DNA of 64,000 nucleotides from the NCBI GenBank assembly GCA_963758495.1, contig CAVWVI010000003.1, positions 1,504,001 through 1,568,000 of the forward strand, read 5' to 3'. Position numbers and translations under genes: made by a program. Under the pieces are notes generated by a model that saw only the letters and a list, made by a program, of their open reading frames with translations, was not told where the DNA came from and did no database searches. Positions 59,891 through 64,000 of the stretch are shown piece after piece (the stretch's first letter is position 1; each line of letters begins with the position of its first letter). Source of the DNA: Oligoflexia bacterium (GTDB lineage: Bacteria; Bdellovibrionota; UBA1018).

Positions 59891-60048
59891 TACTCTCCCG
59901 CTCCTCCTGGGTAAAAAGATTGACTAATGCTGAGTCAAGATGCAACCCTCGCGGATACTGAGACTACTCGTTCAGTTGCTGCTGGAGGATTAGGGTCAAC
60001 GGTAAACTCAGGACTCGCTTGAAAGATCTCCAGATTTAGCAAGAAGTA
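59891..60048 (+). ncRNA. Candidate 6S RNA-like structured RNA
   Basis: Nested complementary segments CTGG/CCAG, CTGAGT/ACTCAG, ACCCT/AGGGT, ACTGAG/TTCAGT form a rod with a large central bubble containing CTTGAAA. Folded by eye only. Confidence 0.45.
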
Positions 60049-60053
60049 GGCCG

Positions 60054-60088
60054 TCAGGTTTGAGCTGAAAATGAGTGCTCAAACCTGA
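60054..60088. repeat. 12-bp perfect inverted repeat (possible terminator)
   Basis: TCAGGTTTGAGC / GCTCAAACCTGA; no clear downstream T-run. Confidence 0.6.
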
Positions 60089-60213
60089 AAAACAATGGAA
60101 ATTAAATTTCAAATTATTATCTAGGTTAAATATTGTAATCTTTATCCAAAAAAAGCTATAAAATGAATTAAGCAATGTTTCAATTAAAGAAGCTAGCCGC
60201 TTAACCTGTCTCT

Positions 60214-62619
60214 TTATCTATTTAGGGAGTCCTGTAAATGGATTTCTTCTAGAATTTTTGACTTCAAGAATGGATATTCATTAAAAATAGATTCTAAATG
60301 GGTTTGTGTTACTTCTAGAACTTCGCTAGTGACCTCTGCAATTAAAGTAGCGGGTTGTGGATCACCATGAATCAGAGATTTAGCGCCGAAGTAGTCTCCT
60401 GCAAAGAACAGTCGATTTTCGGTGGCTAATCTGAGCACGCCTGCGACAATTACAAACAAGACTGGCTTTTGATCTCCTTCTCTCACGAGAGTTTTTCCTG
60501 CATCGATGATTCTCACAGGTGAAGACTCTGCGAGTTTTCGAATGCTGACTCGTGAGAAATATTGAAAAAGAGGAATGCGGCCCAACAAATAAGAGGCCGA
60601 GGGACGGAGAAATTGTCTTGATTGATTTTTTGTTGCATAGAGAATGGAGTCAATTTCTTGCTTTAATTTGGCGTAAATTGGCTGACTAATGATTTTGGCA
60701 TCATATAGATGCCAGAGAGTCCGCAGCGAAATAGCGTAAAGAGCTTGGGATATTACAAGTGACTGAACTGAATTATAGTAATGAGCATAGTTATGATAAA
60801 AATGGTTCAAGCTTTTTTGCACTTCTTTATGCCAACGCTCATAAATATTTTTTATTTCCTGTTGGCTTGATTTCTTCTTGGAATATTCTAGCGCTGATTT
60901 TAGATTTAATAGAACCTCTAAATGGATGACTAGTCTTTTTAGAAGACGGTCAGCCAATCGGCTTTTAAAGAGAAATAGGAGCTTTTCAGACCAGGTTAAT
61001 TTTTGATCGAGCTGTAATTCATAAATATTGAGTCCTGATATACCCTTCTGATTAAATATGAACCTTCTGGATCTCACAGACTCAATCAACTCTATGTAGG
61101 CACTTTTTGATAATAGTCCTTCTTGAAGTCTCGTTTCATAAGCTTGTCTTTCTGCTGAGAAGAGAGAGACAATTTCAAATTGTAGGTCAGTTTCTTGAGT
61201 GACTGTGGAGTCTTTAGGTCGGGAAAAAGCTCGGATAGTGTGTGGATTCGAAAATTGTGCCTGATGTTGTTGGATAAAAGCAATTGAGAGATCGCCTGTC
61301 TCTGCCAATCGTTTTAAGGAAGAATAGGCATCATTAAGAATCATCTGGAAAGCTTTCTGAAAAAAGCGTTCATCCACTTCACTTAGCTGATCCAACCGCA
61401 ACAATCTGAGGATTTTGCGTGTTGTTAATGCATTAATAATTAAAGTAGCGAGAACAACAGAAACTGAGAGTGAAATAAACAAGTCTCTGTATGGGAAAAT
61501 TTTTGGAAGAGTTAAAACTAACCCGAGTGCAAGTCCTCCTCGAAGACCGCCCCACATGAGCACTGTCTGATAGGATAGGGAAATGGGATGAGAGAATCTA
61601 AGCTGATTCGTGGTGGGAATTGTAAGAGTAATGGAAAGCGCTCTTGCAATGTACACAATGAGAAGGGTGAGAGGAATGAATTCAATGTTTTTAAAAATCC
61701 AGGAAGGATCAAATGTAAGTCCGACTGCAATAAAAACAAGAGTATTTGCGCTGAGCGCTAGAAATTCCAAAATGTGATGGATTCCATTGAAGGCTTCTGT
61801 ATTGAGTTCAACACGAATCCGTTGTCCTAGGTAGAGTCCAACTACTAAAGTAGTTATAACTCCACTTAAATGGAGAAATGCATCGGAGATTAAGAAGCTT
61901 AGGTAGGCAGAGACGACGATGATTCCTAGCTGTGCTGCACCGGAGAGGGAGACAATACGAAGAAGAAAACTGGTGAATCCAGCAATTCCTAATCCCACAA
62001 TAATGGAGCCTAAAGTTAACCAAGAGAACTCCCATAAAGATCCCAAACTCCCTACATGAGAAATAGCGGGTGCTCCAGAAGTCGATGCGAGTGCTGCGGT
62101 CATGAAAATTCGAAAGAGCACCATTGCAGTTCCATCATTCAGCAGGCTTTCCCCTTCAATGAGGGTGGAAAGTCTTGGGGGGGCGCCGACTTCTCTGAAA
62201 AGAGCGACCACAGCAATAGGATCAGTTGCTGATATTAAAGCACCGAAAGTGAGACAGGGAAGTAGTGAAAGATGAAAGGCCAAATGAAGTCCATACCCCA
62301 CGAATGCTGTAGAAATTCCTAATGCAGCTACTGCAAGAGCGGTTACGGGAACTAGGTCTTTTTTGAGAAGATTAAAATTGAGGTGAAATGCCGATTCAAA
62401 AATCAAGGGTGGTAAGAGGACATAGAGAATAATTTGCGGGAAAAACTCACCAAGACTGTCTAACGCGGTAGGGAAATGACTCCGTACGACAAGACCCGAG
62501 AAAATACCCAAGAGAACCAAAAAGACACTATGGGGGATTCTCAACCACGTTGCAAACCGAACACTCAAAAAACCAATAGCCAAAAGACCCATGAGGATAA
62601 AAACAAAGTTTGCGATCAT
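60214..62619 (-). CDS. CPA1 (NhaP-like) cation:proton antiporter with C-terminal cyclic-nucleotide-binding domain
   Basis: LLPPLIFESA, ISATDPIAV, IEGESLLNDG, WGGLRG; LVREGD...GDYFG cNMP-like domain. Confidence 0.9.
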   Translation of the reverse strand: MIANFVFILMGLLAIGFLSVRFATWLRIPHSVFLVLLGIFSGLVVRSHFPTALDSLGEFFPQIILYVLLPPLIFESAFHLNFNLLKKDLVPVTALAVAALGISTAFVGYGLHLAFHLSLLPCLTFGALISATDPIAVVALFREVGAPPRLSTLIEGESLLNDGTAMVLFRIFMTAALASTSGAPAISHVGSLGSLWEFSWLTLGSIIVGLGIAGFTSFLLRIVSLSGAAQLGIIVVSAYLSFLISDAFLHLSGVITTLVVGLYLGQRIRVELNTEAFNGIHHILEFLALSANTLVFIAVGLTFDPSWIFKNIEFIPLTLLIVYIARALSITLTIPTTNQLRFSHPISLSYQTVLMWGGLRGGLALGLVLTLPKIFPYRDLFISLSVSVVLATLIINALTTRKILRLLRLDQLSEVDERFFQKAFQMILNDAYSSLKRLAETGDLSIAFIQQHQAQFSNPHTIRAFSRPKDSTVTQETDLQFEIVSLFSAERQAYETRLQEGLLSKSAYIELIESVRSRRFIFNQKGISGLNIYELQLDQKLTWSEKLLFLFKSRLADRLLKRLVIHLEVLLNLKSALEYSKKKSSQQEIKNIYERWHKEVQKSLNHFYHNYAHYYNSVQSLVISQALYAISLRTLWHLYDAKIISQPIYAKLKQEIDSILYATKNQSRQFLRPSASYLLGRIPLFQYFSRVSIRKLAESSPVRIIDAGKTLVREGDQKPVLFVIVAGVLRLATENRLFFAGDYFGAKSLIHGDPQPATLIAEVTSEVLEVTQTHLESIFNEYPFLKSKILEEIHLQDSLNR

Positions 62620-63012
62620 TTTTGATTTATTTAGCGGCTTTTTGAGTCAACTGCATTCTTTTTCGAAAAAGCTATTTGTTTTTTTAAATGGGGGTTCGTC
62701 CTGCTCCTATCGATATTTCATCAGTTTTTTCTCGAGATCTTGGATTTCCGACCACCAAACCCAATCCAACCTTGACACATCCTAAACAGATTAATCCCCC
62801 TAGTAATTGAACCATCCAGTAATCCATTACGCCCCCCGGCAACTTGATAAAAACAACCTCTCATACGCGCATCTCTAGTGCACTGACGTTCTATTGCACC
62901 ATGAGTCAGTTTAAGTCAAGCTGGGGTCTATGACACAGTCTAGCTATAGCATGGGGCTATGCGGTCTTATTTTTACTTAGCATAATTCAGATTTTAAAAT
63001 ATCATCTCCGGA

Positions 63013-64000
63013 ATGAGTGCGAGAGATCTACTTCAGCTTCTGGTTTTTCTAGTTCTATTACTAGTTTTGACAAGGCCATTAGGCATTTACTTGGATCGGG
63101 TCTTTGCAGGAAAGACCCATCTTTTGTTTCGCCTTTTGAGCAAGTTTGAGAATGGGATCTATCATGTTTGTAAAATCGATCCAGAAGAGGAAGAGTCCTG
63201 GAGTGGATATACAAAGAGTTTACTGATCTTCAGTGCTTTTACTTGTCTATTCACTTATGTCTGTCTTCGGCTGCAGTTCTATTTACCGCTCAATCCGCAG
63301 TTATTTGGAGCAATTAAACCAGATTTAGCAATTAATGCTACTTTTGGATATAATACAAATACTAGCTGGCAGTCTTTTGGTGGCGAAACTACAATGAGCT
63401 ATTTTTCTCAAATTGTGCCTTTGCTCTTTCAGTTTTTTATATCTCCCGCAATTGCCATGGCAGCCGCAGTTGCTATTATTCGTGGAATTTCTAGAAAAGA
63501 ATCAAAAACAATCGGAAATTTTTGGGCAGACTTATTCAGAGGGATTCTTTATATTTTATTTCCGATCAGTTTTATTTTTGCAATATTTTTGATCTCTCAA
63601 GGGGTAATTCAGAATTTTTTACCTTATCAAGAAATCACAACACTAGAAGGTGCTAAGCAAGTAATCGCCCAAGGGCCAGCCGCGGTTCAGGTCGTCATGA
63701 AACTTCTCGGTACTAATGGGGGTGGATTTTTTAATGCCAACTCTTCTCATCCGTATGAAAACCCCACTGCTCTCTGTAACTTTGTGCAAATGCTTCTCAT
63801 GATCCTTCTTCCAAGCGCTTTTGTTTATTATCTTGGAATGCAAGTAAAGAACCTCAAGCATGCTTGGTCCGTGTGGACAGTCATGTTTATTGTTTTTTGT
63901 GTGGGTGCGATTATTTGCATTCATTGTGAATATCTTGGAAATCCTATTCTCAAGAAACTTGGGGCGATTTCTTCGATAAATATGGAAGGTAAAGAAGTCA
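63013..64000 (+). CDS. kdpA: Potassium-transporting ATPase subunit A, 3' partial (not in ORF track)
   Basis: Manual translation: MSARDLLQLLVFLVLLLVLTRPLGIY...LPLNPQ...TNTSWQSFGGE...IGNFWADL...KLLGTNGGGFFNANSSHPYENPT...NMEGKEV. Confidence 0.93.
   Translation, partial: MSARDLLQLLVFLVLLLVLTRPLGIYLDRVFAGKTHLLFRLLSKFENGIYHVCKIDPEEEESWSGYTKSLLIFSAFTCLFTYVCLRLQFYLPLNPQLFGAIKPDLAINATFGYNTNTSWQSFGGETTMSYFSQIVPLLFQFFISPAIAMAAAVAIIRGISRKESKTIGNFWADLFRGILYILFPISFIFAIFLISQGVIQNFLPYQEITTLEGAKQVIAQGPAAVQVVMKLLGTNGGGFFNANSSHPYENPTALCNFVQMLLMILLPSAFVYYLGMQVKNLKHAWSVWTVMFIVFCVGAIICIHCEYLGNPILKKLGAISSINMEGKEV

Noticed and set aside
62930..63016. kdpF upstream of kdpA
   Set aside because: A frame ends SPE* overlapping the kdpA ATG, but it has an internal stop and lacks a convincing hydrophobic KdpF sequence.
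63002..63924. Minus-strand ORFs 63002-63214 and 63643-63924
   Set aside because: They are antisense to kdpA, which the ORF track missed because it runs off the window.

Overview
Bacterial chromosomal window, inferred from gene style to be Bdellovibrionota/Oligoflexia-like (not verifiable here). (1) Core block, 1-14 kb: receiver-domain gene end, PhyH-type dioxygenase plus MFS transporter, tRNA-Ser(TGA), serS, leuS, APC permease, prs-pth-ychF, TPR lytic transglycosylase, HAMP protein, 2Fe-2S ferredoxin and tRNA-Asn(GTT). (2) Tandem integrated elements at tRNA-Asn, marked by three copies of its 3' 17 bp (14049, 28834, 31449). The first (~14.8 kb) is a decaying defence island: an ABC-three-component/Lamassu-type system with a frameshifted effector, a truncated tyrosine integrase, a broken metallophosphoesterase-STAND NTPase, two IS21 elements (one disrupted by a tiny palindromic insertion), and intact AbiE and TumE-like toxin-antitoxin pairs. 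The second (~2.6 kb) encodes a signal-peptide/F-box/FGE-sulfatase-domain protein. (3) Signalling and transport block, 31.5-64 kb: two CheB-CheR hybrid histidine kinases flanking hipBA (three HipB operators), a 2012-aa Ser/Thr kinase-NTPase-GAF-HPt-CheA-like kinase, two proteins sharing a YYC..YYP..CP..W module, tonB plus a TonB-dependent receptor, an OmpR-type two-component system, a methyltransferase, a candidate 6S-like RNA, a CPA1 antiporter with a cNMP-binding domain, and the start of kdpA (absent from the ORF track). All family calls come from motif recognition by eye; no database searches were run.
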